From an uncultured Syntrophaceae bacterium (lineage in GTDB: Bacteria; Desulfobacterota; Syntrophia; Syntrophales; UBA4778), in NCBI GenBank assembly GCA_964597995.1, contig CAZRAC010000003.1, positions 1 to 59,923 of the forward strand: a stretch of DNA of 59,923 bases, read 5' to 3'. The notes under the pieces were generated by a model. The model worked only from the letters and a program-made list of their open reading frames with translations. It searched no databases and was not told where the DNA came from. The position numbers were made by a program, and so were the translations under genes. Every line of letters begins with the position of its first letter. The stretch's first letter is position 1. Shown piece by piece: positions 27,842-37,900 of this stretch.

Positions 27842-27899
27842 TATACGGTGAAGGGCAAACAGTAAACGGTGGTTTATGGGGTGAACGGAGCAACGGGTT
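27842..27899. repeat. Degenerate 7-bp-periodic intergenic repeat
   Basis: TATACGG TGAAGGG CAAACAG TAAACGG ... CAACGGG directly after the kinase stop. Confidence 0.5.
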
Positions 27900-27977
27900 G
27901 AGATGACATGAAAAATGTCTTTCAACTTTTTGTGAGTTCGTCGCCGCTTATTCCAACTGCTCACTTTCAGGGACGTT

Positions 27978-29348
27978 ATGGCCAAGATCATTGTGATTGA
28001 CGATGACAGGTCGATCAGTGAATCCCTCGAGTTGTATCTCTCGGAGGAGGGGCATGAGGTAATGACGGCCAATACAGGAACGGACGGCCTAAACTTGGTC
28101 CTCCAGACGTCGCCGGACATCGTCATCCTGGACATCCGACTGCCCGACATCGACGGGTTTACCGTCCTTGAAGACCTGAAAGAGGAGAACGTGGATGCCA
28201 AGGTGATAATGATAACCGCCCACCACGACATGGAGACCACGATCAAGGCCATGAAGGAAGGGGCCTTTGACTACATCCATAAACCCATAAACATAGATGA
28301 ATTGGACATCGCTATCCAGAAGGCCATCAATACGTTGGAGATGGAGAAGAAGATCAACGGCCTTCTCACGGAACCATCCCGGAGCTTCAAGGTCGGCGAC
28401 ATAATCGGCACCGGGAAGGCCATGCTGGATATCTTCAAAGTAATCGGCGTGGTCACCCAGAGCAAGACCACCGTCCTTATCCAGGGCGAGAGTGGAACCG
28501 GCAAGGAACTGATCGCCAAGGTGATCCACAACAATACTTCTCCCACCGAGCCTTATATCGCCATAAATTGCTCGGCCATCGTAGACACCTTGCTCGAGTC
28601 GGAACTCTTCGGGCATGAGAAGGGGTCTTTCACGGGGGCCATCAACCGGAAGCCGGGGAAGTTCGAACTTGCCCGCCATGGCACCGTCTTTCTGGATGAG
28701 ATCAGTGAGATGTCCCTGAACCTCCAGGCAAAACTCCTCAGGGTTCTCCAGGAGATGGAATTCGAGCGGGTGGGCGGGAAAGACCGCGTCAAGGTGAACG
28801 CAAGGATAATCGCCGCCACGAATAAGGACCTGAAGACCCTGGTCGAGGAAGGTAAGTTCAGGGACGACCTGTATTATCGCCTCAACATCGTCACGATCAA
28901 CATCCCTCCCCTCAGGGAGAGGAGGGAGGACATCCCCTTGCTCGTCGATTATCTGCTGAAGAAGATAAACCGGGATCTCCACAAGAACATCGTCGGCGTT
29001 TCGAAAGAAATGATGGACGTCTTCATGAAATACGGTTGGCCCGGTAACGTCCGTGAACTCGAGAATATCCTTGTACGTGCGGCCGTCGTCGCCAAAGGGC
29101 AGGTGCTCGGGCGCGAGGATTTCCCCGATTTGCTGGGTAGCGCGCAGGTACCGAAGGCACCGGCGGCGCTTGCCGGGGAAGAAGAGGAAGGGACCGGTTT
29201 TGAGACCCTTGACGAGATAGAGGAACGTCATATCCGCAGAGTCATCGCCAAGGTGGGCAGGAACAAAGGTGAAATCTGTGAGATCCTGGGTATATCACGC
29301 CCTACCCTCGAAAGAAAACTTGAGAAATACGGTATCCGTTTCGATTGA
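27978..29348 (+). CDS. NtrC-family sigma54-dependent response regulator (REC-AAA+-HTH)
   Basis: LDIRLPD receiver, QGESGTGKE Walker A, ESELFGHEKGSFTGA, FLDEISE, WPGNVRELEN, LGISRPTLERKL HTH. Confidence 0.96.
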   Translation: MAKIIVIDDDRSISESLELYLSEEGHEVMTANTGTDGLNLVLQTSPDIVILDIRLPDIDGFTVLEDLKEENVDAKVIMITAHHDMETTIKAMKEGAFDYIHKPINIDELDIAIQKAINTLEMEKKINGLLTEPSRSFKVGDIIGTGKAMLDIFKVIGVVTQSKTTVLIQGESGTGKELIAKVIHNNTSPTEPYIAINCSAIVDTLLESELFGHEKGSFTGAINRKPGKFELARHGTVFLDEISEMSLNLQAKLLRVLQEMEFERVGGKDRVKVNARIIAATNKDLKTLVEEGKFRDDLYYRLNIVTINIPPLRERREDIPLLVDYLLKKINRDLHKNIVGVSKEMMDVFMKYGWPGNVRELENILVRAAVVAKGQVLGREDFPDLLGSAQVPKAPAALAGEEEEGTGFETLDEIEERHIRRVIAKVGRNKGEICEILGISRPTLERKLEKYGIRFD

Positions 29349-29360
29349 AGGGCGAAGGGC
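29347..29360. repeat. 7-bp tandem repeat x2 at the regulator stop
   Basis: GAAGGGC GAAGGGC. Confidence 0.5.
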
Positions 29361-29409
29361 GGGCGGCTGAGAATGATCTTTTACGAATAGCTGAAAGCCC
29401 AAATTTTAC

Positions 29410-30006
29410 ATGAAAGTCACATCCGCAGAATTTGTTAAGAGTGCAGTAGAACCGTCCCAGTACCCCGATTCTCCTTATCCCGAGGTCGCTTTCGCCGGAA
29501 GGTCCAATGCGGGCAAGTCCTCGTTGATCAATGCCCTTGTCAATCGCAGAAAACTGGCCCAGACAAGCACGACACCGGGTAAGACCCGCCTGCTCAACTT
29601 TTTCGTCGTAAACCGGAGGCTGTCTTTTGTGGACTTGCCGGGATACGGTTTTGCGAATGTCTCCCGTAGCCTCCGGAGTGCCTGGAGGCCGATGGTGGAA
29701 GATTACTTGCGGCAGAGGAAGAACCTCTGCCTCGTCGTCCTCGTTCTAGACGTCCGGCGAGGCGTCTCCGAAGAAGATATCGCTCTTGCCGGGTGGCTCC
29801 GCCGTCACGACAGGGATTTCCTCGTCGTCCTGACGAAGAGCGATAAGGTATCAAAAGAGGAGGCGAAGCGGCGGTTGGCGGATGCCGCGGAGGTTTTAGG
29901 ACTATCCGGGGACCAGGTTCTTCTCTTTTCTGCTGTGAAAGGCCTGGGGAAAGAGGAGCTATGGAGGGAAATGGGAAAAAAGATTACTTTCGCCAAGTTG
30001 GCCTGA
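29410..30006 (+). CDS. engB: Ribosome biogenesis GTPase EngB/YihA
   Basis: GRSNAGKSSLIN, TPGKTRLLN, DLPGYG, TKSDK. Confidence 0.95.
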   Translation: MKVTSAEFVKSAVEPSQYPDSPYPEVAFAGRSNAGKSSLINALVNRRKLAQTSTTPGKTRLLNFFVVNRRLSFVDLPGYGFANVSRSLRSAWRPMVEDYLRQRKNLCLVVLVLDVRRGVSEEDIALAGWLRRHDRDFLVVLTKSDKVSKEEAKRRLADAAEVLGLSGDQVLLFSAVKGLGKEELWREMGKKITFAKLA

Positions 30007-30109
30007 GATGGGAAGCATTTCTTTCTCGCATGTAGTAGAACGCCTGGGCTATCCCACCGCTCCCATGGACATCATCCTTTCTAAATCTCATCTGTAGAGG
30101 CTTAAGGTA

Positions 30110-30949
30110 TCAATATTCCGGTGTCAGTCTGTCCAGCTCGGCAAGCGAGAATACAGGCCCGTCTTTGCATACATACTTACTACCCACATTGCAGCGCCCA
30201 CACTTGCCTATACCGCATTTCATCCGCATTTCCAAAGAGGTATAGATGTTTTCCTTGGAAAACCCGAGTTCGAAGAACACGGGCAAGGTAAAGCGGATCA
30301 TGATGGGAGGACCGCAGATCACAGTCACCGCGTCTTCTGCACTCGGGGCGACTTCTTTGCAAACGGTAGGGACAAAGCCTTCCCGCCCTTTCCAGGTCTC
30401 GTCCCCCTTGTCCACCGTGACGTGGAGCTCCATATCGTCTCGCTTCGACCAGGCCTCGAGCTCATCCTTGTAAAGGAGGAGTCCGGGCGTCCTCGCCCCG
30501 TAGATCGTCGTGATCTTGCCGAAGCGTTTGCGGTTGCTGTCGTTTAACATGTACTGGATGAGGGCGCGCAACGTAGTGAAGGCAAATCCACCGCCTACTA
30601 CCACGATGTTCTTGCCCTCCAAGTATTCGATGGGCCACGAATTTCCTAAGGGTCCGCGGACACCCATCATGGTCCCTTCTTCCATCTCATGCAGTGCCGT
30701 AGTTACTACGCCCGCCTTTTGCACGGTAAATTCTATGTAGCCGGGGTTGGTCGGTGACGAGGCGATGCCGATGGGCGACTCACCCTTTCCGAAGATGGAG
30801 AGCTCGGCGAATTGGCCGGGCAGATACTTGAAACTTTCCTCGTCTTCCTTGTTTACGAAAGCCAGTCGAAAGGTCTTGATATCTTTTGTATCCACCTCAG
30901 TCACGATCTTTATGACTTCGACCGGATAGGGTACATATGGATTCTGCAT
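30110..30949 (-). CDS. flxA: FlxA: FAD/NAD-binding oxidoreductase with a 2Fe-2S cluster
   Basis: PGQFAEL, RGPLGN, VGGGFA, CGPPIM, MKCGIGKCGRC..C.DGPVF; last gene of the hdr/flx operon. Confidence 0.85.
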   Translation of the reverse strand: MQNPYVPYPVEVIKIVTEVDTKDIKTFRLAFVNKEDEESFKYLPGQFAELSIFGKGESPIGIASSPTNPGYIEFTVQKAGVVTTALHEMEEGTMMGVRGPLGNSWPIEYLEGKNIVVVGGGFAFTTLRALIQYMLNDSNRKRFGKITTIYGARTPGLLLYKDELEAWSKRDDMELHVTVDKGDETWKGREGFVPTVCKEVAPSAEDAVTVICGPPIMIRFTLPVFFELGFSKENIYTSLEMRMKCGIGKCGRCNVGSKYVCKDGPVFSLAELDRLTPEY

Positions 30950-30962
30950 AACGTTCTCCCGA

Positions 30963-31988
30963 CTACTGTAATTTCGAAATATCTTCGACGATCTTCCGAA
31001 TATCGATATTGACAGGACAGTACATCACGCATCTGCCGCATCCCACACAGGCAATGGCATTAAAATTGTCCACGTAGTATTTGAATTTATGCATAACCCG
31101 CTGGCGCCAGCGCTCCTTTTGCGTCGGCCGGGGGTTGTGGCCGGACGTTTCTTTAGTGAATAGGGGAAACATGCAGGAGTCCCAGTTCCGAAGACGACGC
31201 CCGTCATCGTATTTCATCTCATCGTTTATGTCGAAGCAATGGCAGGTGGGACAAAGGTACGTACAGGTACCGCAGGCTAGACACCGTTTATGGATTGTGT
31301 CCCAGAAGGGGTGGTCAAAACTCACGTCAAGGATGGGCTTGATTTCCTGGGCGGGGATGTTGGATTTTATCTGCCCGACCGCCTCCTTGGCAGCCGTCTC
31401 CTTCTTGTTGTCCGCCTCGGCCGTTGCCTTTGCCTCCCCAAAGTACTTGGCCAGCCTTTCCCCCTTGGGCGTCAGAAACTCCACGAGGTATACGTCCCCG
31501 ATGTCGGTAACGAGGACATCGCTTCCCGTACTGTCTACAGGGCCGCCGCCCACAGAGGTACAAAAACACGTGGTGTAAGGAACGGGTGTGCAGGCAAGAG
31601 TTACCACGGTCGCTTTCTCGCGTTTGGCGATGTAATATGGGTCTTTGTATTTCTCCTGGTCGAATAAAAGGTCGAGGAGGACGAAACTCCTTGCGTCGCA
31701 AGGCCTGACACCGAAGAGCACCGCATCCCTTGCCTCTAACTCCACCCCTTTCAGTACCGTTCCCTTAGGAGTACGGACGTACCGGATCATTACTTCCGTC
31801 CTGGGGAAGAACACCCCCTTGGGAGCGTTCTTAGTGTTGGCAAAGGTTAGTAACGGTTCTTCTCCCGGTGCGAGCGGCTTGAACAGGACATTGTCTTCTA
31901 ATTTCACCGGGGCAAAGACGTTGAACTCTCCTCCGACCTTCTTTACGATCCCTAACAGCTCATCTTTTTTGATCAACCGTTTTTCCAT
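30963..31988 (-). CDS. flxB: FlxB: 4Fe-4S dicluster protein (AsrA-like)
   Basis: GVRPCDA, CLACGTCTYLCPTCHC, RNWDSC, CVGCGRCVMYCP; start ATG 31988. Confidence 0.85.
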   Translation of the reverse strand: MEKRLIKKDELLGIVKKVGGEFNVFAPVKLEDNVLFKPLAPGEEPLLTFANTKNAPKGVFFPRTEVMIRYVRTPKGTVLKGVELEARDAVLFGVRPCDARSFVLLDLLFDQEKYKDPYYIAKREKATVVTLACTPVPYTTCFCTSVGGGPVDSTGSDVLVTDIGDVYLVEFLTPKGERLAKYFGEAKATAEADNKKETAAKEAVGQIKSNIPAQEIKPILDVSFDHPFWDTIHKRCLACGTCTYLCPTCHCFDINDEMKYDDGRRLRNWDSCMFPLFTKETSGHNPRPTQKERWRQRVMHKFKYYVDNFNAIACVGCGRCVMYCPVNIDIRKIVEDISKLQ

Positions 31989-32014
31989 GGTATCCTTCAG
32001 TCTTCCAAGTTTTT

Positions 32015-32869
32015 TTACATCAGCCCCAAACCACTCATGAGCGGTGTGGGATCGACCATGTGGAGTTTGAACCAATCCGCCGGTCCTGGTATTCCCATCG
32101 CCAGGGCCATGAGCTCGGTGAAGTAAAATACCGGCAGCTTGACGTTATCACCGGCCCTCGTATCAAGATTCGCCATACAGACCGGACAGGCCGTCACGAC
32201 ACAGTTGGCGTCCGCCTCCCGAGCCATCGTCATCAGCCGGTCAACCAAGTTCCGTACGACGTCTGTCCGGCTGATCGTCAGGCTGCCGCCGCAACAATCC
32301 GTCTTGAAGGACCACTGTTTCACTTCTGCCCCCAGGGTCCCTAAGATTTCATCCAACATATAAGGATTCTCGTAGTTTTCGAACTGGCATACCTCGGGCG
32401 GCCTGACCAACAGGCAACCATAGTACGATACCGGTTTTAGACCGGTCAGCCTTCTCACGACCTTTTGAGCAATCGCCTCCATGCCGACATCGTCATGGAA
32501 AAGACCGATGGGATGCTTTACCGTTACCGTTCCTTGATATGGTCGGCCGATGATGCCGTCTATCGCCGCTTTCAATCTATCATCATGAGCAAGATGGTGC
32601 TGGGCGCTCTTGAATCTGTTGAAACAGGCGGCGCAGGGTACCATCACCTCCTTGTCCCCTGCCGACTCGATCAATACGAGGTTTCGTGCGGGCAACGCCA
32701 CGGATAGCTTGAAATTGGTAGAGTGGGCCGAAGTGGCACCGCAGCACGACCAGTCTTCTACCTCCGCGAGGTCTATCCCCAGTGCAGAAGACACCGCCTT
32801 CACAGACTGATCGTACTCCTTCGCTGTTCCATGCAGAGAGCATCCCGGATAGTATGAAACTTTCAACAC
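32015..32869 (-). CDS. hdrB: Heterodisulfide reductase subunit B (CCG domains)
   Basis: YYPGC, WSCCGA, PCAAC, YYGC, DCCGG, ACPVC; GTG/TTG start after AGGAGG. Confidence 0.93.
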   Translation of the reverse strand: MLKVSYYPGCSLHGTAKEYDQSVKAVSSALGIDLAEVEDWSCCGATSAHSTNFKLSVALPARNLVLIESAGDKEVMVPCAACFNRFKSAQHHLAHDDRLKAAIDGIIGRPYQGTVTVKHPIGLFHDDVGMEAIAQKVVRRLTGLKPVSYYGCLLVRPPEVCQFENYENPYMLDEILGTLGAEVKQWSFKTDCCGGSLTISRTDVVRNLVDRLMTMAREADANCVVTACPVCMANLDTRAGDNVKLPVFYFTELMALAMGIPGPADWFKLHMVDPTPLMSGLGLM

Positions 32870-32885
32870 TTGCCTCCTTATGAGA

Positions 32886-33410
32886 TCACTGTCTGGTCTT
32901 CTCGAAAATCTCCTTTACCGCCCTCAAGTTCTTGGTCTTGGGAGAGATCAGGGGGAGTTTTCCTTTGAGAAGCATTTCGACGCCCATCGACATATCGGAA
33001 AATAGGTCTCCCGACCGTAGCTTGTAATTAACCATCATGAGAGGTTCGTTTATCCGGCCACGGAGTTTGATGCCCCGCAGAAAGGCCTCATGGAAGAGTA
33101 CCACGTTCTTTTCTTTCGCGGGGACACCCTCCTTTAAGGCCATTTCCCTCAGAACATCCATCATCCTCGCGATATCCACCTCGTTGGGGCATCGGGTGAT
33201 GCACGTCTCGCAGGATGCGCATAACCAGATGGTCGAACTGTTCAGCACTTCCTTCTTCATCCCCATCTGGATCATCTTTATGACCCGATTGGGGTTGTAC
33301 TCCATGACCGATGCCAGAGGGCATCCGGCCGTGCACTTCCGACAATGGTAGCATCGCTGGATAGGTACACCGCTAATCTTTTCGTTCACTTCTTCGAGAA
33401 AGGTCTTCAT
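32886..33410 (-). CDS. hdrC: Heterodisulfide reductase subunit C
   Basis: CYHCRKCTAGCP and CASCETCITRCP. Confidence 0.92.
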   Translation of the reverse strand: MKTFLEEVNEKISGVPIQRCYHCRKCTAGCPLASVMEYNPNRVIKMIQMGMKKEVLNSSTIWLCASCETCITRCPNEVDIARMMDVLREMALKEGVPAKEKNVVLFHEAFLRGIKLRGRINEPLMMVNYKLRSGDLFSDMSMGVEMLLKGKLPLISPKTKNLRAVKEIFEKTRQ

Positions 33411-33428
33411 TATGCACTCCGTTTCACC

Positions 33429-34475
33429 TTACGGGTTGTAGATAAAGTCCTCGCATTCGTGCTCCCGGAAGGTTGCGAGCACGGGGGGGTCATCCAACGA
33501 GGCGCCGGCCCGACTCCCGAAGAGCTCATAGGCGTCCTTGTCCAATTTTTTCAGGAAGGTCCTCAGATCGACCCCCATGGGACAGACGGCGACACAGGAA
33601 CCGCAGTCCACGCACCGCCCCGCCATGTGGAAAATCCTCATGATTTGGAATACCTGCGTATCGGGGGCATTTTCTCCTATGCCTACCCATTGAGGTCTGC
33701 TTTGTTCGGCAAAGCATTCCGGGCAATAACAGGAGGGGCACGCTTGACGGCAGGCATAACACCGGATGCACTTTGCCATCTCTTTCTCGAAATAGGCCCA
33801 CCTCTCCTCGGAAGGCCGGGATTCGAAGGCCTTAACGGCGTCGTATTCTTCGTCCGCCCTCATGGCCGGCGCCGGCTCACCTACCGTCAGGTCGTTGATT
33901 ACGGGGTTGTTAAACCGGCAGGTGAGGCAATTATCGGCCAGGACGTCCGCTACTGCCACGATTCTATCACCGGCGGCTGTAGTCACCTTCAGTTGCTCGC
34001 CGTCCAAGGCCCCGTCAACGATTTCCTGTCCTTCGAGGAGGACGGAAAGCTTCTTCTTATCCACATACCCCCGACAGGGCACGCCCAGGACCACGATCTC
34101 CTCGCGAGTGTACTGCCGTTCCTGCAGATGGAGGATGATAGAACGAGTCGTACAGCCGCGCGCTACGACACCCACCACCTTCTTTGTCCTATTTTCCGGC
34201 TTCACCCGTTTCTGTGCGTTCCGATGCTGGAAGATGACGTCATGCACGTATTTTGCGAGGTTCTGTACGCATAAGGCGTTCCAGAGGAGCTTCGCCGTGT
34301 CTGAAGGATCAGTGACAAACGTGGGCACGGCCGTGAGCGGCAACGTCCCCGCCTCGTAACCCACGATGACATCGACCTTTTTTTCCTCTAACAGTTTCTT
34401 CGCCTCTTCCCGCAGCTTTTTCTCGATGGCTTCCACTTTTCTCGAATCCTCGTTTTGTTGATCTCTACCCGTCAC
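33429..34475 (-). CDS. flxC: FlxC: 4Fe-4S dicluster protein
   Basis: CIRCYACRQACPSCYC and CVDCGSCVAVCP; GTGA overlap with mvhD. Confidence 0.82.
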   Translation of the reverse strand: MTGRDQQNEDSRKVEAIEKKLREEAKKLLEEKKVDVIVGYEAGTLPLTAVPTFVTDPSDTAKLLWNALCVQNLAKYVHDVIFQHRNAQKRVKPENRTKKVVGVVARGCTTRSIILHLQERQYTREEIVVLGVPCRGYVDKKKLSVLLEGQEIVDGALDGEQLKVTTAAGDRIVAVADVLADNCLTCRFNNPVINDLTVGEPAPAMRADEEYDAVKAFESRPSEERWAYFEKEMAKCIRCYACRQACPSCYCPECFAEQSRPQWVGIGENAPDTQVFQIMRIFHMAGRCVDCGSCVAVCPMGVDLRTFLKKLDKDAYELFGSRAGASLDDPPVLATFREHECEDFIYNP

Positions 34476-34909
34476 AGTGATTTAACCAGCTTCTTTGCCG
34501 GCCCCAGTTGCCTGACCCTTTCCGTTACCCCACTAACTACCTTGGCGAATCGCTCACCTTCGGAAGCCGAACACCAGGTAAAGGTCGTCCGATCCGCCTC
34601 CAAACCGAGGTAATCGAGGAATCTCTTCAGCATGGCAAACTTTCGCCGGGCGCTGAGATTTCCGGTTATGTAGTGGCATTCACCGGGGTGGCAACCGGAC
34701 ACAAGAACTCCATCCGCTCCTTCCTGTAGGGCGCGCACGATGTAAAAAGGATTGATCCGTCCCGTGCAGGGGACACGGATGATGCGGACATTGGGGGGAT
34801 ACTGGATACGACTTATGCCGGCGAGGTCGGCACCGGCGTAAGTGCACCAGTTACACACGATGGCAGCTATCTTCGGATCCCAACCCTCTTTCACTCGGTC
34901 TTCTGACAT
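34472..34909 (-). CDS. mvhD: MvhD/FlxD 2Fe-2S subunit
   Basis: CNWCTYAGAD, RVPCTGR, SGCHPGECHY, WCSASEG; all Cys, no Sec. Confidence 0.93.
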   Translation of the reverse strand: MSEDRVKEGWDPKIAAIVCNWCTYAGADLAGISRIQYPPNVRIIRVPCTGRINPFYIVRALQEGADGVLVSGCHPGECHYITGNLSARRKFAMLKRFLDYLGLEADRTTFTWCSASEGERFAKVVSGVTERVRQLGPAKKLVKSL

Positions 34910-34978
34910 CTCGTTCTCCGTTTCTGAACCATAGTCTATTCCGCCCTTTCTCCTTGTGAGGGCGCGTCATTTGTCACG

Positions 34979-37900
34979 CTACAGGGCTGCAATCTGTGCA
35001 ATGACCTCTTCATTGGTGAAGCCGTTCAAATCGACGGCGTTCATGCGACACGATGCGGTACAGACGCCGCACCCCTTGCAGAGCACTGTGTTGACCTCCG
35101 CCACCCCTTCCACGGGATTTACGGCGATCGCCCCGAACGGACAATTCTGTTCGCAGAGCCCGCAACCTGAACAGCGTTCCTTGATTACGTAAGCCGTTTT
35201 CCCTTCCGCTTCGATGAAGTCCTTCGTCAGCACTGTACACGCCCGGGACACGGCGGCATTCGCTTGGACGATCGTGTCTTCGCTGAGTTTGGGGGCATGA
35301 GCCATCCCGCACATGAAGACGCCGTCGGTAGCAAAGTCCACGGGCCGCAACTTCACGTGAGCCTCAAGGAAGAACCCGTCCTGATTGGTGGGCACCTTTA
35401 GCATCTGACCGATGGCGGCGTTTTCGGGGTTCGGCACCGTACCTACCGAGAGGGCAAGCAGGTCTGCCGGCAGTTCCACCGACCCGTTGAGAATGGGGTC
35501 AAAGGCCCGGACGACCAGTCGGTCCCCAGCCTGGCTTATCTCCGGCTTGCGGTCCTCGTCGTAGCGGATGAACTTGACGTTGAGTTCCCGCGCCTTCTTG
35601 TAATAGTCCTCCTTCAACCCGAAGGTGCGGATATCACGGTAGATGATAGTCACATCTTTGTTCGGGTCCATCTCTTTGAGTTTCAGGGCGTTTTTCATCG
35701 CCTCCGAACAGCAGTACCGGCTGCAGTACGGCCGTTCTGGCGTTCGAGACCCCACACACTGGATCATGACGATATGGGACGCCTGAACTGCTTTATCATC
35801 ACGCTCCGCAATCATTTTTTCCAGGTTACGCTGGGTAATGACATTGGGGGACTGACCGTGGAGATACTCGTTCGTTTCCAGCTCATAGGCCCCCGTCGCC
35901 ACCACTACGACCCCGTGCTCGAACTGCTGTTCACCGTCCCGGGTTTTTATGGTGGTCTTGTAGTTGCCGATGAAACCCTCGATCTTGACGATCTCCGCAC
36001 CGGTGAACACGTGAATAAGTTTGCTCGCCTCTACCTGCCCTAAGAGCCCCGCCAGGTGCTTCTTCGTGTCGAGACCTTCCAGGGTGTAGTACAGATCCCG
36101 GTAATTACCCCCCAGATGAGGCTTCTTTTCGACGATGTACGATTCGAAGCCCTGTTCGGCGAGAGACAAGGCCGCCGTGATCCCGGCCAGTCCGCCGCCG
36201 ATGATCATCGTCGCCTTATTCACCCTCAGTTGGCCCGGTTTCAGCGGTTGCAGGAACTGGGCCTTGGCCACCGCCATCCGTACCAGGTCCTTTGCCTTTT
36301 CCGTCGCCTTTTCCGGCTCGTTCATGTGAACCCATGAATCCTGGTCGCGGATGTTTGCCATCTCGAACAGGTAGGGATTAAGTCCAGCCTTCTCGCAGTT
36401 TTCCTGGAATAGCGGTTCATGGGTCCGGGGAGAACACGAAGCGACGACTACCCGCGTGAGCTTGTACTCTTCGATCACCTCGGCCATCTTCACCGCCGTG
36501 TCCTGTGAGCAGGTGAAGAGATTATCGGCCACGTACACGACATTCGGTAATGTCTTGGCGTAATCCCGCACTTCCGGGACATTGACCACACCCCCGATGT
36601 TGATCCCGCAATGACAGACAAAAACGCCGATCCGGGGACCTATCCCTCGCAGGTCTTTCTCCATGGGCAGTTCTTCTTCTACGATCATCGTGCCCCGGCG
36701 TTCGGCGATGATACTCGAGGCACAGGCGGCGGCGCCGCTCGCCTCCATGACCGTCTCGGGGATGTCTTTTGGACCGCCGAAAGCACCGCAGACAAACACC
36801 CCATCCCGTGTCGTCTTTACCGGATTCTCGAGGTCGGTGGCACAGAAACCGTGATCCTCGAGCCCGATCCCCAGGGCCGTCGCCAATTCCCGCGCCTCGT
36901 GGGGTGGGGTGAGACCGACCGACAGCACCACCATGTCGAATTCTTCTTCTACCAGCGTACCGTCCTCCTGCACGTACTTGACGAGCAGGTTCTTCGTCTG
37001 CTGCAACTCCTTGATAGTGGAGGGGATGGAACGGATGTAGCGTATTCCGTACTCGTTCTTCGCCCGATTGACGAACCGGTCGAAGTCCTTACCGTGCGCC
37101 CGGATATCCATGAAGAAGATAGTCGGTTCCAGCTCTTTGACGTGTTCTTTCCCGATAATCGCTTCCTTAGTGGCGTACATACAGCATACGGAAGAACACC
37201 AGCTGTTTCCGCAGGCCGTGTCCCTCGAACCTACGCATTGGATGAAGGCGATTTTCTTCGGTTCCTTCCCGTCGGACAATCTTTGGACGTGCCCGAAATA
37301 GGGACCGGAGGCGGAGAGGATGCGCTCGAACTGGATACTCGTGACGACGTTGGCGTATACACCGTACCCGTACTCCGACCGGAGGGCTGCATCGAAGGTC
37401 TCGAACCCCGGTGCGGCGATGATGGCTCCTACCTCGATCGTTTCTTCTTCGAAGGTATCTTCATGATTGATCGCCTGGGCGAGGCAGGCCTCAACGCACT
37501 GGTAACATTCCGAGCAAATACCGCAACTCAGGCAGCGTTGCGCCTCCCGCACCGCCTCTTCTTCGCTGAAGCCGATCCCCACTTCGCGGAAATCGACTTT
37601 TCGCTCTTCCGGCTTGACATGGGGGTACTTCACCCGGCTGCTTTTGGGAACACGGGAGGTATCGCCGGGGTCGGCAAGTCCCTGCGTCCAATCCCGCTCC
37701 CGGCCCGCCTTGATGTCTTCCCCGCGGAGATAGCGATCGATAGACCTGGCGGCCTCTTTTCCCGCGTATACGGCTTTAACTACGGTCTGGGGGCCGGTCA
37801 CCACGTCTCCACCGGAAAACACCCCAGGGCCATCGGTAGCGAAGGTTACGGGGTCCACATCGATATTGTTCCATTTGTTGACGGAAATCCCGCTTCCCTC

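Noticed and set aside
28590-28640. GSFTGA instead of GAFTGA in the activator as a sign of sigma54 independence
   Set aside because: The change is at a tolerant position and is a common variant; the key F and T are intact.
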